Source: Mobula hypostoma (taxonomy: Eukaryota). Taken from it: a stretch of 64,000 bases of DNA. Positions 11,336 through 25,089 of this stretch are shown in pieces (position 1 is the first letter of the stretch; every line of letters starts with the position of its first letter). The notes beneath the pieces are model-generated. The model saw only the letters and a program-made list of their open reading frames with translations. It ran no database searches and was not told the DNA's origin. A program made the translations under genes and the position numbers. The stretch is taken from contig NC_086097.1 of NCBI RefSeq assembly GCF_963921235.1, positions 176,888,001 to 176,952,000 of the forward strand, given 5' to 3'.

Positions 11336-14116
11336 GAAAACAGGAAGAACGGTCAGCAGATCAGGCAGCATCCACAGAAAGTGACACAGAGTTAACGTCC
11401 CAGAATGGAATTAGAATTGAATTGGAATTGGAAAGGGAATTGGAATTGAATTGGGAATGATTCAGTATTGTCTCATATACCCAGGTAAAGTGAAGTGCTT
11501 GTCTTGCATATTGTTCATATAGATCAGACTATGACACACTACTCTGAAAGGCAAAACAACAGCAGAGTAGAGAATAATAGCAGCTGAAGAGAAAGTGCAG
11601 TGCAGGAAGACAATAAAGTGTATGATCATAAAGCCATGGATTATGGAGTTAAGTGTCTATCTTATTGAGGAAACCCATTCATCAGAGCAGGAATGGTGAG
11701 AAATAGGATGCTTGTCTCTGTCTGATTGGGTGATTGGCTGTAGGAGGTGATGAGACCATAAACATTTGTCTCACTGTGTCTGTGTTGACAAAAAGGAGAT
11801 CTGTCCTTCACAATGTCACTTCCCAGCTCTCTGTCCACAACCCTGCAAGTTACAGCTCAGCAATGGGACATTTCTGTACTGTTTAGGAGCGATGAGGGTC
11901 TCTGCCTTCAGCCCCTTTCAGATAGTGAGTTCCAGACTCCACCATCTACTGGGTGAAAACAGTTTTCTTCAGCTCTCTCAAATTGTCCATATGGTATGGA
12001 TCAGATAGTATGCACATCATACCATCTAAATTATATACAGAAGGCAAAGACTCAAGAAGGCAATATCGATGATCAGGGATCCCCTCCATCCAGGCCATTC
12101 TACCTTCTCACCGTTACCATCAGGCAAGAGCTCCCACACCACCAGGTCCACGAACAGCTACTTTCCTTCATTTGGTTCTTGAGTCAACCGGCAGAACACT
12201 AATCACTACAGTTTATCAACACTTTGATCACATTATTCTCTTTGCACTAAAATGGATTTATTTTTATTGTTTTAATTATGTTATTTCTTGTAAAAACGTG
12301 TATAGTTTATTTTTTTCTTGGTATAGAAACTACACTGCTGCTTGCAGGAAGGTTCTGCAATGGGTAGTCAAAACTGCCCAATGCATCATGGGCACCAGCC
12401 TACCCACCATCAAGGAAAGTGCCTGTGACATCATGAAGGATCCCACCCACCCTGCTCATGGACTGTTTGTCCCTCTCCCATCAGGGAAGAGGCTGTATAT
12501 CATCCATGGCAGAGCCACCATACTCAAAAACAATTACTTTCCCCAAGCAGTAAGATTGAGCAAAACTTCCACCCAGTACTCCACCTCTCCACACCACAAA
12601 CCACCAATACTTTATCATTTCCTGTCAGTCACCTTATGTACAGACGCTGGCATCACTTTATGGATAGACAGTCAATGTGTATAAGCTACTGTATGTTACA
12701 TGTTTATATTTATTTGTGTTTTTAGTATTGTGTTCCTTATTGTGATTATTTTTGGGGTGGGGAGGCTGTATCGGATCTGGTGTAACAATTATTTTGTTCT
12801 CCTTTACACTAGTGTACTAGTAGTGACATTGAACAATCTTGAATCTTCTTTCTTGTGAATGCTGCATATCTGATGCTATTTATCTGTGATGCTGTTGCAA
12901 GTAGGGTTTTCATTGCACATGTGCAGATAAGTATCTGTGCATCTGACAATAAACTTGCTTTTGTATTTGACTTTGATATTCAATTGCTTAGGAATATGAA
13001 TGGGACTGAAAATTGCATAGCCATCATTTCTGACCTTATGAAGGAGTAAGCAGGTGCCTTGAGCAACTTTAGTTCTTAGATCCTCAAGTAAGATGTTGGC
13101 CTTAACATCTTCCTTTGTCTCAACCAGTTGTAAGATTTGTCTCAACCTGTAATTCACATTGACTTCAGTCAAAGGCAGTATTAATGCCAAAGACGATTAT
13201 TTCTAAATTCAAGATCAGAATCAGACTCTCACTGCTACGGCAGAAGTTCCCAATTGCTTCAAAAAGGCAAGAATTATACCAGTGCCTAAGAAGAATAATG
13301 TGAGCTGCCTAAATGACTATCACCCAGTAGCACTCACATCGACAATGATGAAATGCTTTGAGAGGTTGGTCATGACTAGACTGAACTCCTGCCTCAGTAA
13401 GGACCTGGACCCATTGCAATTTGCCTATCGCCACAACAGGTCAATGGCAGACGCATTCTCAATGGTTCTTCACATGGCTTTAGACCAAATGGACAATACA
13501 ATCACCTATGTCAGGATGCTGTTCATCGATTATAGCTCAGCATTTAATACCATCATTCCCACAATCCTGATTGAGAAGTTGCAGAATCTGGGCCTCTGTA
13601 CCTCCCTCTGTAATTGGATCCTCGACTTCCTAACCGGAAGACCACAATCTGTGGGGATTGGTGATAACATGTCCTCCTCGCTGACGATCAACACTGGCAC
13701 ACCTCAGGGGTGTGTGCTTAGCCCACTGCTCTACTCTCTGTATACACATGACTGTGTGACTAGGCACAGCTCAAATACCATCTATAAATTTGCTGACGAT
13801 ACAACAATTGTTGGTAGAATCTCAGGTGGTGACATGAGGGCAGACAGGAGTGAGATATGCCAACTAGTGGAGTGGTGCCACAGCAACAACCTGGCACTCA
13901 ATGTTGGTAAGACGAAAGAGCTGATTGTGGACTTCAGGAATGGTAAGACAAAGGACCACATACCAATCCTCATAGAGGGATCAGAAGTGGAGAGAGTTTT
14001 AAGTTCCTGGCTGTCAAAATCTCTGAGGATCTAACCTAGTCCCAACATATTGATGTAGTTATAAAGAAGGCAAGACAGCAACTATACTTCATTAGGAGTT
14101 TGAAGACATTTGGCAT

Positions 14117-15098
14117 TTGGTAAACAGATTTGGTAAATGCATTTAACTGTCATGTGATGGAAAAGTATAGTGATTATACTCACATTTATACAGATAGTGC
14201 GAAGGAACCTGAAACAGGAGTGAGAGGGTTTGGGGTGGTAATACCAGCAAAAGAAATTGGAATCAGCAGAAGAACATCTAATAAGTTAGGGGTGTTTACA
14301 GTGGAGATGCTGGCAGTGTTGGTTGCGTTGCAATGGGTGCAGAAAGCCAGACAAGCCAAAGCATTGATATGTTCAGATTCATCCTCAGTTCTAGCAAGTT
14401 TAAGGTCTTTTCACACAAACAGTCGGCAAGATGTACTTTATGAAGTCCTTCAGTTAGTTACAAGAATTGCAAATCAGGGAGGTCAGGTAAAATATCTATG
14501 GGTTCCAGCACATGTAGGGTTGAAGGGGAATGAGAGGGTGGATGAGTTGGCAAAGAGGGCGTTAAAGAAAGAAAATGTGGAAATGCACATTAGTATCAGT
14601 AAAGCAGAGGTTAAGTGTGTAATCTGGGAAAAAGTCAACCAAGTGTGGCAAGAAAGATGGGACAGGGAGGGGAAAGGGAGGCATTTATATCAAATACAAA
14701 AGAGTGTTGCAGTTACTAGGGTAGGAAATGGAAACAGAAGAGAGGAAATTGTGTGGACTAGGCTAAGGCTGGGGCATTGTGCATTAAACAAAACATTGAA
14801 AATGATAGAGAAACACCAGACAGGATTGTGTGAGGAATGTCAGGAAGAGGAGTCAGTAGAACACGTAGTTTTGTGTTGCAGGAAGTATGAGATACAGAGA
14901 GAGATGATGAGAAATAAATTAAGGGAGTTGGGGATGTAGGAATTCACATTAAAAGGGTTGCTGGGCATGGGTGAGAGAACACAAGTCCTGGTATTTTTAG
15001 CGTTCTTAAAGGGTACAGGGGTTTTTTATAGAATATGACGAATAAACAGGAATAGGATACTAGGATGGTCAAAGATGGGAGGGTGAAGTGTAGGTTTG

Positions 15099-15135
<37 letters not shown>

Positions 15136-15242
15136 TTGGGTGAAGGGATTTAGAATGTATGTCTAGTGCACATTCCGGAGCAGAGGGTGGCGGTAATGCA
15201 CCATTAAGTTGGATGCCAACCGCTGTAAAACAAGATACAGAC
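14117..15242 (+). mobile_element. 5'-truncated I/Nimb-clade LINE with RNase H domain
   Basis: 13-bp TSD AGACATTTGGCAT at 14104-14116 and 15243-15255; (GT)n in the 3' UTR; terminal GGCGGT..ACCGC hairpin. Confidence 0.85.
14130..14939 (+). CDS. RNase H plus C-terminal Cys/His region of LINE ORF2 (5'-truncated)
   Basis: HIYTDS, VFTVEMLA, ICSDSSS and WVPAHVGLKGNERVDELAK motifs, then RLRLGH..CEEC..ESVEHVVLCC. Confidence 0.88.
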   Translation: MVNAFNCHVMEKYSDYTHIYTDSAKEPETGVRGFGVVIPAKEIGISRRTSNKLGVFTVEMLAVLVALQWVQKARQAKALICSDSSSVLASLRSFHTNSRQDVLYEVLQLVTRIANQGGQVKYLWVPAHVGLKGNERVDELAKRALKKENVEMHISISKAEVKCVIWEKVNQVWQERWDREGKGRHLYQIQKSVAVTRVGNGNRREEIVWTRLRLGHCALNKTLKMIEKHQTGLCEECQEEESVEHVVLCCRKYEIQREMMRNKLRELGM

Positions 15243-15611
15243 AGACATTTGGCATGTCAACAAATACACTCAAAAACTTCTATAGATGTACCATGGAGAG
15301 CATACTGACAGGCTGAATCACTGTCTGGTATGCAGGGGCTACTGCACAGGACTGAAAGAAACTGCAGAAGGTTGTAAATCTAGTCAGCTCCATCTTGGGT
15401 ACTAGCCTACAAAGTACCCAGGACATCTTTAGAGAGCAGTGTCTCAGAAAGGCAGCATCCATTATTAAGGACCTCCAGCAGCCAGGGCATGTTTACTATT
15501 ATTTTTCTCTCTCTCTGCTAGATTATGTATTGCATTGAACTGCTGCTGCTAAGCTAACAAATTTCACGTCACATGCCGGTGATAATAAACCTGATTCTGA
15601 TTCTGAATTCT

Positions 15612-16217
15612 GATCACTGACTAATATGATGTTAAATGTGTTGTTTTGCCACAGCAATACAATGCAAAGGCATAAAAATCATTATAAATGAGAAAAATAA
15701 ATAAAAAGTGGAAAATAAAGGATAATAAGGTAGTGATCACAGGTTCAAGGACCATTGAGAAATCTGATGGCAGAAGGGAAGATGCTGTTCCTGATTCAGT
15801 GAGTAAGAGTCCTCAGGATCCTGTACCTCCCCCCTGATAGTAATAACGAGAATGGAGCAAGTCCCTTAGTGATGGATGCCACCTTTGGTGCTGCTTCGCC
15901 TTGAAGATATCCTTGATGGTGTGAAGGTTTCTGCACTTGATAGAGCTGGTTAAGTCTACAACCCTCTGCAGGCTGTTGTGGTCCTGGGCATTGGAGCCTC
16001 CACACCAGGCTGTGAAGCAAACAGCCAAAATGCCTTCCACTGGACAGCTAAAGAAACTTGTAAGAGTCTTTGGTAACATAGCAAATCTCCTCAAACTCCA
16101 AATGAAGCAGAGACTCTGGAGTGCCTTCTTCAAGGTTACATCAATGTGTTGGGCCCAGGACAGATCTTCCAAGATTTTGATGCCCAGGAACTTGAAGCTG
16201 CTCACCCTCTCCACTGC
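15612..16217 (-). mobile_element. Rex1-type LINE 3' fragment
   Basis: ORF 15813-16343 contains VERVSSFKFLGIKILEDLSWAQHID. Confidence 0.8.
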
Positions 16218-16984
16218 AGAAAGGGGCTTCCCTTCCTCCACCACCAACTCTACTCTCAAACGCATCTCTCCCATTTCACGCACAACTGCTCTCACCCCAT
16301 CCTCCCGCCACCCCACTAGGAATAGGGTTCCCCTTGTCCTCACCTACCACCCCACCATCCTCCGGATCCAACATATTATTCTCCGTAACTTCCACCACCT
16401 CCAACGGGATCCCACCACCAAGCACATCTTTCCCTCCCCCACCCCTCTGCTTTCCGCAGGGATCGCTCCCTACGCGACTCCCTTGTCTATTCGTCCCCCC
16501 CATCCTTTCCCACTGATCTCCCTCCCGGCACTTGTAAGCGGAACAAGTGCCCTTACACTTCCTCGCTCACCAACGTTCAGGGCCCCAGACTGTCCTTCCA
16601 GGTGTGGCAACGCTTCACCTGTGGGTCGGCAGGGGTGATATACTGCGTCCAGTGCTCCCGGTGTGACCTTCTGTATATTGGTGAGACCCAACACAGACTG
16701 GGAGACCGTTTCGCTGAACACCTACGCTCTGTCTGCCAGAGAAAGCAGGATCTCCCAGTGGCCACACATTTTAATTCCACATCCCATTCCCATTCTGATA
16801 TGTCTATCCATGGCCTCCTCTACTGTCAAGATGAAGCCACACTCAGGTTGGAGGAACAACACCTTATATTCCATCTGGGCAGCCTCCAACCTGATAGTAT
16901 GAACATTGACTTCTCTAACTTCCGTTAGTGCCCCACCTCCCCTTCGTACCCCATCTCTTATTTATTTATATATTTATTTGTTTG

Positions 16985-17021
<37 letters not shown>

Positions 17022-17392
17022 TTTCTCCCTCTGTCCCTCTCACTATAACTCCTTGCCCATCCTTTGGGCTCCCCTCCCCCTTTCTTTCTCCCTAGGCCTC
17101 CCGTCCCATGATCCTCTCCCTTCTCCAGACTCGTATCCCTTTTGCCAATCAACTTTCCAGCTCTTGGCTCCATCCCTCCCCCTCCAGTCTTCTCCTATCA
17201 TTTCGGATCTCCCCCTCCCATTTTCAAATCACTTACTATCACTTCTTTCAGTTAGTCCTGACGAAGGGTCTCGGCCCAAAATGTCACCTGTACCTCTTCC
17301 TATAGATGCTGCCTGGCCTGCTGCGTTCACCAGCATTTTTTGTGTGTGTTGTTTGAATTTCCAGCATCTGCAGATTTCCTCGTGTTTGCGTT
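16218..17392 (+). mobile_element. 5'-truncated Penelope-like element (RT C-terminus, GIY-YIG, 3' end)
   Basis: ERGFPSS..RVPLVLTYHP; ORF 16602-16928 has VIYCVQCSRCDLLYIGETQHRLGDRFAEH; decayed hammerhead at 17254-17290. Confidence 0.92.
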
Positions 17393-17576
17393 TTTAAATT
17401 GGCTAAATACTGTACTGGGCAGGAGGTGCAGAAGCCTGAAGTCTCACACCTCCAGGTTCAAGAACAGCTACTTTCCTTCAACCATTATTTCTTAGACTAA
17501 ATGCATAACTGTAATCAGCAACTCAGTATAGCAACACTATGACCACTTTGATCACTTGACACTATGTATTTTATTG

Positions 17577-18945
17577 CAAACAAGAGAAAGTCTGCAGATG
17601 CTGGAAATCGAAGTATACACACAAAATGCTGGAGGAACTCAGCAGGCCAGACAGTAGCTATGGAAAAGAGTAAACAGTTGACTTTTCAGGTCAAGGCCCT
17701 TCATCAGGACTGGAAAAAGGAGATTGAAAATCAAAGTCAGAAGGTGGGGGGAGGAGAGGAAGGAGTACAAAGTAATAGTCAAGTCAAGTCATGTCTAGTC
17801 GCTTCTTATTGTCATTTTGACCATAAGCTGCTAGTACATTACACAGTAAAAACAAAACAATGTTCCTCCAGGACCATGGTGCTACATGGTGATAGATGAT
17901 AGGTGAAACTGGGAAAGAGGGAAGGGTGAAGTGAAGAGCTGGGAAGACAATGGTGAAAGAGATAAAGGGCAGGAGAAGGTGTAATCTGATAGGAGAGGAC
18001 TGAAGGCCATGGAAGAAAAGGAAGGGGGAGGAGAACCAGAGGGAGGTGACGGGCAGGTAAGGAGATAAGGTGAGAGAGGGATATGGGAATGGAGAATGGT
18101 GAAGGAGAATGGGCAGTGGGGAGGACAATTACCAGAAGTTTGAGAAATCTAAGTTCATGCCATCAGGTTGGAGGCTACTCAGATGGAATATAAGGTGTTG
18201 TGCCTGCAACCTGAGTGTGGCTTCATCATGGCAGTAGAGAAGGCCATGGACTGACATGCCTGAATGGGAAAGGGAAGTAGAATTGAAATGGGTGGCCCCC
18301 AGGACATCCTGCATTTTATAGTGGACTGAACACAAGTGCTTGGCAAAGTGGTCTTCTAAACTATGTTAGATCTTACAATATACAAGAGACCACACCGCGA
18401 GCACCAGATACAGTAGATAATTCCAACAGACTGATAGGTGAAGTATCACCATTCCTGGGAGGACTTTTTGGGACCATGAATAGTAGTGAGGGAGGAGGTA
18501 TAGGAGCAGGTGTTTCGCTTGCAAAGATGAGTGCCAGGAGGGAGATCAGTGGGGAGGAACGAGTGGACTAGGGAATTGTATAGGGAAGCAGAAATGGGGG
18601 GTGGAGGGGAGTGAAAGATGTTCTTGGTGGTGGGATCCCTTTGGAGATAGTGGAGGTTATGGAGAATGTTCCTTTCAGTCCTCTGCTATCAGATTCGCCC
18701 TCTGCCAGTCCTTTATCTCTTTCACCAATTGACTTCCCAGTTCTTTACTTCGCACCTCTCCCTCTCCCGGTTTCACCTATCACCTACTATCTTGTACTTC
18801 TTCCTCTCCTCCCCCCACCTTCTTACTCTGACATAATCTCTTTTTTCCCAATGAGGGGTCTTGGCCTGAAAAGCTGACTATTTACTCTTTTCCATTGACG
18901 CTGCCTGGCCTGCTGAGTTCCTCCAGCGTTTTGTGTGTATTACTT
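17577..18945 (-). mobile_element. Older PLE copy with an inverted 3'-end segment; Rex1-type tail nested at ~17778-17888
   Basis: Minus-strand GIY-YIG remnant (ORF 18129-18335) running to ~18668, then a plus-strand PLE 3' end at ~18670-18945; near-TSD TG(T/C)ATTTTATTG at 17565-17576 and 18946-18957. Confidence 0.75.
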
Positions 18946-19769
18946 TGCATTTTATTGTTTTAGCTGCATTCGTTCTTGTAAAATCGTGTTTAATTTATGT
19001 TTTTCCTGTGATGCTACAGATACGATACTCTGTACCTGTGATGCTGCTGCAAGTTTTTCATTGCACATGTGCACATGACAATGAGTTTTACTTTATGTTA
19101 GTGGGAACGTAAGGAAAAGAGGCAAATCACACCTTCAGGACTATGTCTGAAAGTGTTAATTGGTAGGGTGAAAATGCTACACCTTATTTTCTACAAGCTG
19201 ATTGGACAAGGCATTTTTGCTCTTTCTGCACACGTAAATAACATTTGTCTTCCTAATCACTGTTAGCACATTACCATGCAGCTACAACATCAAGTTACAC
19301 TTATAAAACATCTCTATATATAGCATCCTTACTATGGTAAAACACTCCAAAGATGTACAAGGAGAAATACGGCTGGGTGAACAAATATTTTAGACTTAAG
19401 GTTTTAGGAGCTGCTTAAAGGAGCAAAGAGGGGTTGATTAATTTAAAGGATTTAGAGGTTGAAGCAAAAAGTTGTAAAGACATTTCAGAGGTAGGAAGAA
19501 TCTTCTAGTTTGTTTTTCCCAATGTAAGTCACTGCAACTTAATATACAGGCTCAGAAAACAATTAGAAAGGTCAATGGAGTGAGATTGCAGGTGTTTTAT
19601 TGTTTAAGTTAAGCCTGAGTACCAAGTCTAGTTCTCAGCTCCCATGTAATGTGACAAAAGCTGGTTGTTTTGACCTAGGAGGAGAGACCATGAAGTATGG
19701 GCTCATATTCCATGGAGTTGAATGAGAGGTAGTCTCATTAAAGCATGTACAACAGTCTGAGGGTTTCAC

Positions 19770-20425
19770 ACATCAGGTTTAATATCACCGGCAAATGTTG
19801 TGAATTTGTTGTCTTTGCAGTAGCAATAAAACGCAATACATAATAGAAAAAAACATGAATTACAGTTAGTATATATATTAAGTAGTTAAATTAAATAAGT
19901 AGTGCAAAAATAAAAATAAAAAAGTAGTGAGGTGGTGTTCAAGGTTCAATGTCTATTCAGAAATCAGATGTCAGAGAGGAAGAAGCTATTCCTGAATTGC
20001 TGAATGTGTGCCTTTAGGCTTCTGTCCCTCCTTCCTGATGGTAGCAATGAGAGCAAGGCATAACCTGGGCAATGGGGGTCCTTAATGATGGAGCTTAATG
20101 ATGCCCATGATGGAGCTGACTAAGTTTACAACTTGCTACAGCTTATTTCGATCCTGTGCAGTAGCCCTCCTCCTCCATCCCCCACCACCACCCCACCCCT
20201 TACCAGACAGTGATGCAGCCAGTTAGAATGTTCTCCGCAGTATAGCTGTACAAATTTGCAAGTGATTTTGGTGACATCTGAAATATCCTCAAACTCCTAA
20301 TGAAAATGAAATATAGCTACTGTTGTGCCTTCTTTGTAGCTGCATTGATATGTTAGGCCCAGGACAGATCTTCAGATATGTTGACACCAGGGAACTTGCA
20401 ATCGCTGACTCTGCTAACATTAGGT
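19770..20425 (-). mobile_element. Rex1-type LINE 3' fragment
   Basis: FPGVNISEDLSWA on the minus strand; reverse-complemented 3' UTR. Confidence 0.75.
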
Positions 20426-21164
20426 ACTGAGTGGCTCTTTCTCTGGAATAGACATTCAAGAGCCAAATAGCAGAACTCAAGATGAGAAGTTGAATATTGA
20501 AGATTTAGGTGATGAGAAATATCACCCCTCTGTAGCAAATCTTTGGAATTATGGATCTACAATGGAGATCTTCAAATGCTTTGTATTTGAGTATTTTAAG
20601 CAATGAGGTTGATTTTGGATGCTAAGGGAATTGAGAGGTATGTGGATAAAGAGAGCTGATAAGGAAAGATCACCTTTGATGTTGTTGATAAAGGGGCTGC
20701 ATGATCAGGTTATGCTCCCAGCTCTTACAGGTCTCCTGAAGCTACTCAAAGACTGACTGTCTTGCAAGAGCACAAGTTTGAAATGCTCCGTGCAGTAACT
20801 CCTCGGACAATATTTGTGTTTAAGACAGTGAATGTTGCTTAAATGATTTAGTGCAGCAATCTAAAGAACACTGGTTGTATCAGCTAAAGGTTTGTGGAAT
20901 ATTGCCACCACATTGATGTGTGCTTGATAGGTCTTTATTGGCTTGACAGCATGATGTCTTTATGCTAGGGATTTAGGAATTCCCAGCAGTCTTGAAGGTT
21001 CAAAAAGATATCATACACTAAAATCTGCATAGTTATTCAGTTTAGCTCAGGGGTGAATATCCTGAAGCTCCTTTGCAGCTTTTAGTGATCTTTGATCTTT
21101 CTCTTGCATTTGATTCCTCTTTGATCTCTGGTGCTCACTGAACAATTCTGGTAAGTCTTAGAGT

Positions 21165-23110
21165 CCTACACCATGTAAACAGGTGACTCACCCCATCATA
21201 TTGACAGGAAAGACCAATCTAGATACTTCAAATGCTATCTAGATACTTCTTAAATGTTGTCAGTAACTCTGCTTCCTCCATTCTCTCCAGCAGTATGTTC
21301 TAGGTACTCTTCACTCTCTGGGTGAAAATGTCCCCCGAAGATCACCTCTAAATTGTTTATCCTTTACCTTAAATCTATATCCTTCACTTTTACCTCCCTC
21401 TGATATAATGAATAATTTCCTGCAGTCTCCCTTATCCATGCCCCTCTTTGCTTTGTATACCTCAAATATGTCCCCTTTTACCCTTCTCGTCTCAAGAGAG
21501 AACAGACCCAGCCTTTCCAGTCTCTCCTCAGAACTAAATCACTCCATTTCAGACAACATTCCAGTGAGTCTGCACTTCACCCTCTCTGGCTCTGTCACTT
21601 CCTTCCTGTAGAGTGGTGACCAGAAATTGACACGGTATTACAGCTGAGGTCTGACCAATATTTTTATAAAGTTGGACAAAACCACCTTTCCCTTTTGTTC
21701 AATATAATGGTCAGCATCAGCCTTTTTAATCACATTATCTTCAAGAATCTAAGAACTGGTACACCAAGGTTCCTCTGTTCCTCAATACTCCTGAGGATTT
21801 ACAATTCGTGGAGTATTTTCTAGCCTCATTAGTACTCGCAAAATGCATCACTTCAGTATCTGCAGATTTTCTCTTGTTTCTGATTGGATCACTTCACATT
21901 TGTCAGGATTAAACTCCATCTACCATTTCAGCAAAACATTACTCTCTCTCTCTGCACATCAACACTGTTAAGGGTCTTGTCATTAACAGTGTACTGTTTT
22001 CTTGCATTACACTCATGTGCATATAAATGACATGGATGAAAATCTGGATGGGTGGATAAGTAAATTTGCAGCTGATACAAAGATCAGAGGTGTTGTGGAT
22101 AGTGTGGAAAATTGCTAAATAATATGGTAAGACATAGATCATTTGCAAATATGAGCAGACAAATGGTAGATAAATGGCAAACTGGTCTAGCCATATAAAC
22201 ACTGTGGCTATCAGAGCTGGTCAAAGGCTAGAAATCCTGCAGCATGCAACTCACCTCCTGACTCCTCAAGGCCGATCCACCATCTACAAAGTTCAGGTCA
22301 GGAGTGTAATGGAACATTTGCCACTCGCCTGGATGAGTGCAGCTCCATCAACACCCAGGAAGCTTGACATCATCCAGTACAAGGCAGCCCACTTGATTGG
22401 TAGCCCTTGCATAAGCATCCAATCCCTCCACCATCGATGAACAGTTGCAGCAGTGTTACTATCTACAAGGTGCACAGCAACAACACACCAAAGTTCCTAA
22501 CGCAGCACCTTCTAGACCCACAAACTCTACCATCTAGAAGAATGAGAACAGCAGATATCTAGGAATACCACCACTTGGAAATCCCCCTCCAAGTCACTCA
22601 CCATCCTGACTCAGAAACAGATCGTCCTTCCTTCATTGTTGCTGGGTCAACATCATGAAATTCCCTCCCTAACAGCACTGTGGGTAGAGCTACACCTCAG
22701 GGACTGCAGCGGTTCAAGAAGGCAGCTCATCACCACCTTCTCAAGGGCAACTAGGGATGGGCAATAAATGCTGGCTTAGCTGGTGACAGCCATATCCCCC
22801 ATAAATGAATAAATTTTTAAAAAGATAGAATTTAATCTGGCCAAATGTGAAGAATTGCACTTTGGGAGTTCAAGTATAAAGAGACAAAATACTGTTCATG
22901 GAAAGACCCATAACAGTGTTAATTGAAAAGGTGTCTTGACATCCAGGTTCACATCTCGCAGAATGTGCTATACAGGTTGATAAGGTGTTAAAGGAGGACG
23001 TATTAGTCAGAGCATTGAGTTCAAGTATCCAGAAGATATGTTGCAGCTTTATAAAACTCTGGTTAGGACACATTGGAATACTGCATTAAATTTTGGTCAC
23101 TCCATTACTA
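21165..23110. mobile_element. Decayed CR1 fragments (minus ~21165-22010, plus ~22020-23110)
   Basis: Similar to the CR1 at 27405 (YIND..WISKFAADTK region, QFWSP region). Confidence 0.65.
22173..22822 (+). mobile_element. CR1/L2-group LINE 3' end nested in CR1
   Basis: ORF 22174-22440 has WSSHINTV..IYKVQVRSVMEH..AW..LDIIQYKA; ends GCAATAAATGCTGG..; AGATA on both sides. Confidence 0.7.
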
Positions 23111-23465
23111 TTTTTTTTTGAACACAGAATGGTGGGTCCTTGCAATACACTGCACTGGCAAAGTCAAATGTGTGCTTTATTGAACAGCACCACATCATAC
23201 CACCAGGCATAATATACTCCTCAGAGTCAACAATGGATGCAAATATTTTAGATAGCCAATGCTTCCAATGTACCAGAGCTAGCTAGTTAGGATGAAAATT
23301 CAATAAACTGGGTTCCACTCTGTGCTGATGTTGCCTGACCTGCTGAGAATTCTCTGTGAGAATTATGAGAAGGGACTTGACAGTGGTGTACAAATTGTTA
23401 AAAGGCACAGATGGAATGGACAGCTAACAACCTGTTCCCAGGGTGGAAATGGCTAATATGAGGGG

Positions 23466-23785
23466 TAACGTTCCCTCTAAGGTGTGCGCCTGGACACACA
23501 TCTTTCACTACTAGTGCACAAAGGAATTTAAACAGTACACAAATGGTTGTCACCCTCTACCTTGTTGGCATGATAGGTATATTTCATGATCGTACATAAT
23601 CATATTTCCTTTTCCTGTTTCTGATGTGGACGGTGTTGACAATGTGGAGTTTGCAATTTGTCTGCAGATTTTAGAACTGGCTTATTTATATTGTTTTTGT
23701 TGACTGAATTATTCAGTGAACATATGTTGCTGCACAGCACAAGATCTTTGGGCACACTGATCATAACAAATTAGAGGGAACATTG
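23466..23785. mobile_element. hAT-type non-autonomous element (MITE)
   Basis: TIRs TAACGTTCCCTCTAA and TTAGAGGGAACATTG; near-TSD TGAGGGG/CGAGGGG; sits inside a CR1 fragment. Confidence 0.85.
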
Positions 23786-24736
23786 CGAGGGGGCAAACTT
23801 TGAACGTGATTGTAGCAAAGTATAGGAGGGATGTCAGCTGTAACTGTAACAATGAGTGATGAATGCATGGAACAGGCTGCCGGGGTGGTGGTAAAGACGG
23901 TTACATTAGGGTATTAAAGTAACTCTTAGATAGATACATGGATGATAGAAAAATGGAGGGCTAAGAAGGAGTGAAGATTGATTTTAGAGTAGGTTAAAAG
24001 GCCAACGCAATATTGTGTGCCAAAAGGCCTGTAAAGCGCTGTAATGTTCGATATTCTACATTCATTTCAAGTTTCCAGCAATTGCCCTGTTTCATATCTC
24101 ACACATCCAATATTGTTTTTCTCTCATTCATTTCATTCCATGTACACGGATATAAGTAGCTGTTCTTATGTCTGGACTTTCAAGCTCCTGTACCTTCTCC
24201 CAGAAGGTAGAAGTCCAATGGAACACCCTGAACAGAAGAACATGAAAGACAAGGGAATGGATAGTGACAGGCATTCCTGACAACATTGCTGGCCTTCCTG
24301 ATGCAATGCACTGTGAAGATAGATTGGTTGGAAGGCAGCAGTGAAGCCTGTGACAGACTAGACAGTGTTAACCACTCTCTGCAGGTTCCATCAGTCCAGA
24401 GCAGAGCAGTTGCCACACTAGTCTGAGGTGTAGCCTGTCACGATACATTTTATAGTCCATCCATAGACGTTCGAGTGAATTTATGATCAGGGAAGTTATG
24501 CTGCAACTGTACAGGGTACTGTTAAGGCCGTACCTGGAGTTCTCATGCATTTCTTGTTTCTGTACTTGAAGATAGACATACTGACCTTGGAGGCCATGAT
24601 GAGGAGGTTCACCAGGTTAATTCAGGAGATGACAGGGAATAACCTATCAAGAGAGTTTGAGTTGCCTGGGACTCTATGCTAAAAATCCTGCCGCTACTAA
24701 AAATCCTGCCATTAATTCTGAACAAAGAAATTCTTA

Positions 24737-25073
24737 AACACAAGAAATTCTGCGGATGTTGGAAATCCAGAGCAACACACACCAAATGTTGAAGGAACTC
24801 AGCATCAAAGGACATGAATAAACAGTCAACTTTTCAGGCTGACGCCCTTCTTCAGGAAAGGAAAGGAAGGGGAAAAGTACTAGAATAAAAAGGTGGGGGG
24901 GATGGTAAGGAGGACTAGCCAGAAGGTGATAGGTGAAGCTAGGTGGGTGGGAAAGGTAAAGGGCTAGAGAGGACGGAATCTGATAGGAGAGCAGAGTGGA
25001 CCTTATGAGAAAGGGTAGGAGGGGCACCGGGGAGTTGACAGGCAGTTGAGGAAAAGTGGTAGGAGACCAGAGT
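24737..25073 (-). mobile_element. PLE 3' fragment
   Basis: Reverse-complemented PLE terminus with decayed hammerhead at ~24824-24858; TSD AAAGAAAT(T)CTTA at 24724-24736 and 25074-25085. Confidence 0.8.
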
Positions 25074-25089
25074 AAAGAAATCTTAGCTA

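Larger units (their letters stand above)
13222..15610 (+). mobile_element. Rex1/Babar-type LINE (RT ORF 13282-14034), split by a nested LINE at 14117-15242
   Basis: [44 protein letters not shown] and KFADDT motifs; sequence resumes after the TSD at 15256 and ends AATAAACC(TGATTC)n. Confidence 0.92.

Noticed and set aside
11721..11765. Double inverted CCAAT plus TATA-like promoter
   Set aside because: Short motifs only, with no downstream exon or CpG island
15813..16638. Chimeric ORFs of 176 and 233 aa
   Set aside because: They are read-throughs across a Rex1/PLE junction in opposite orientations
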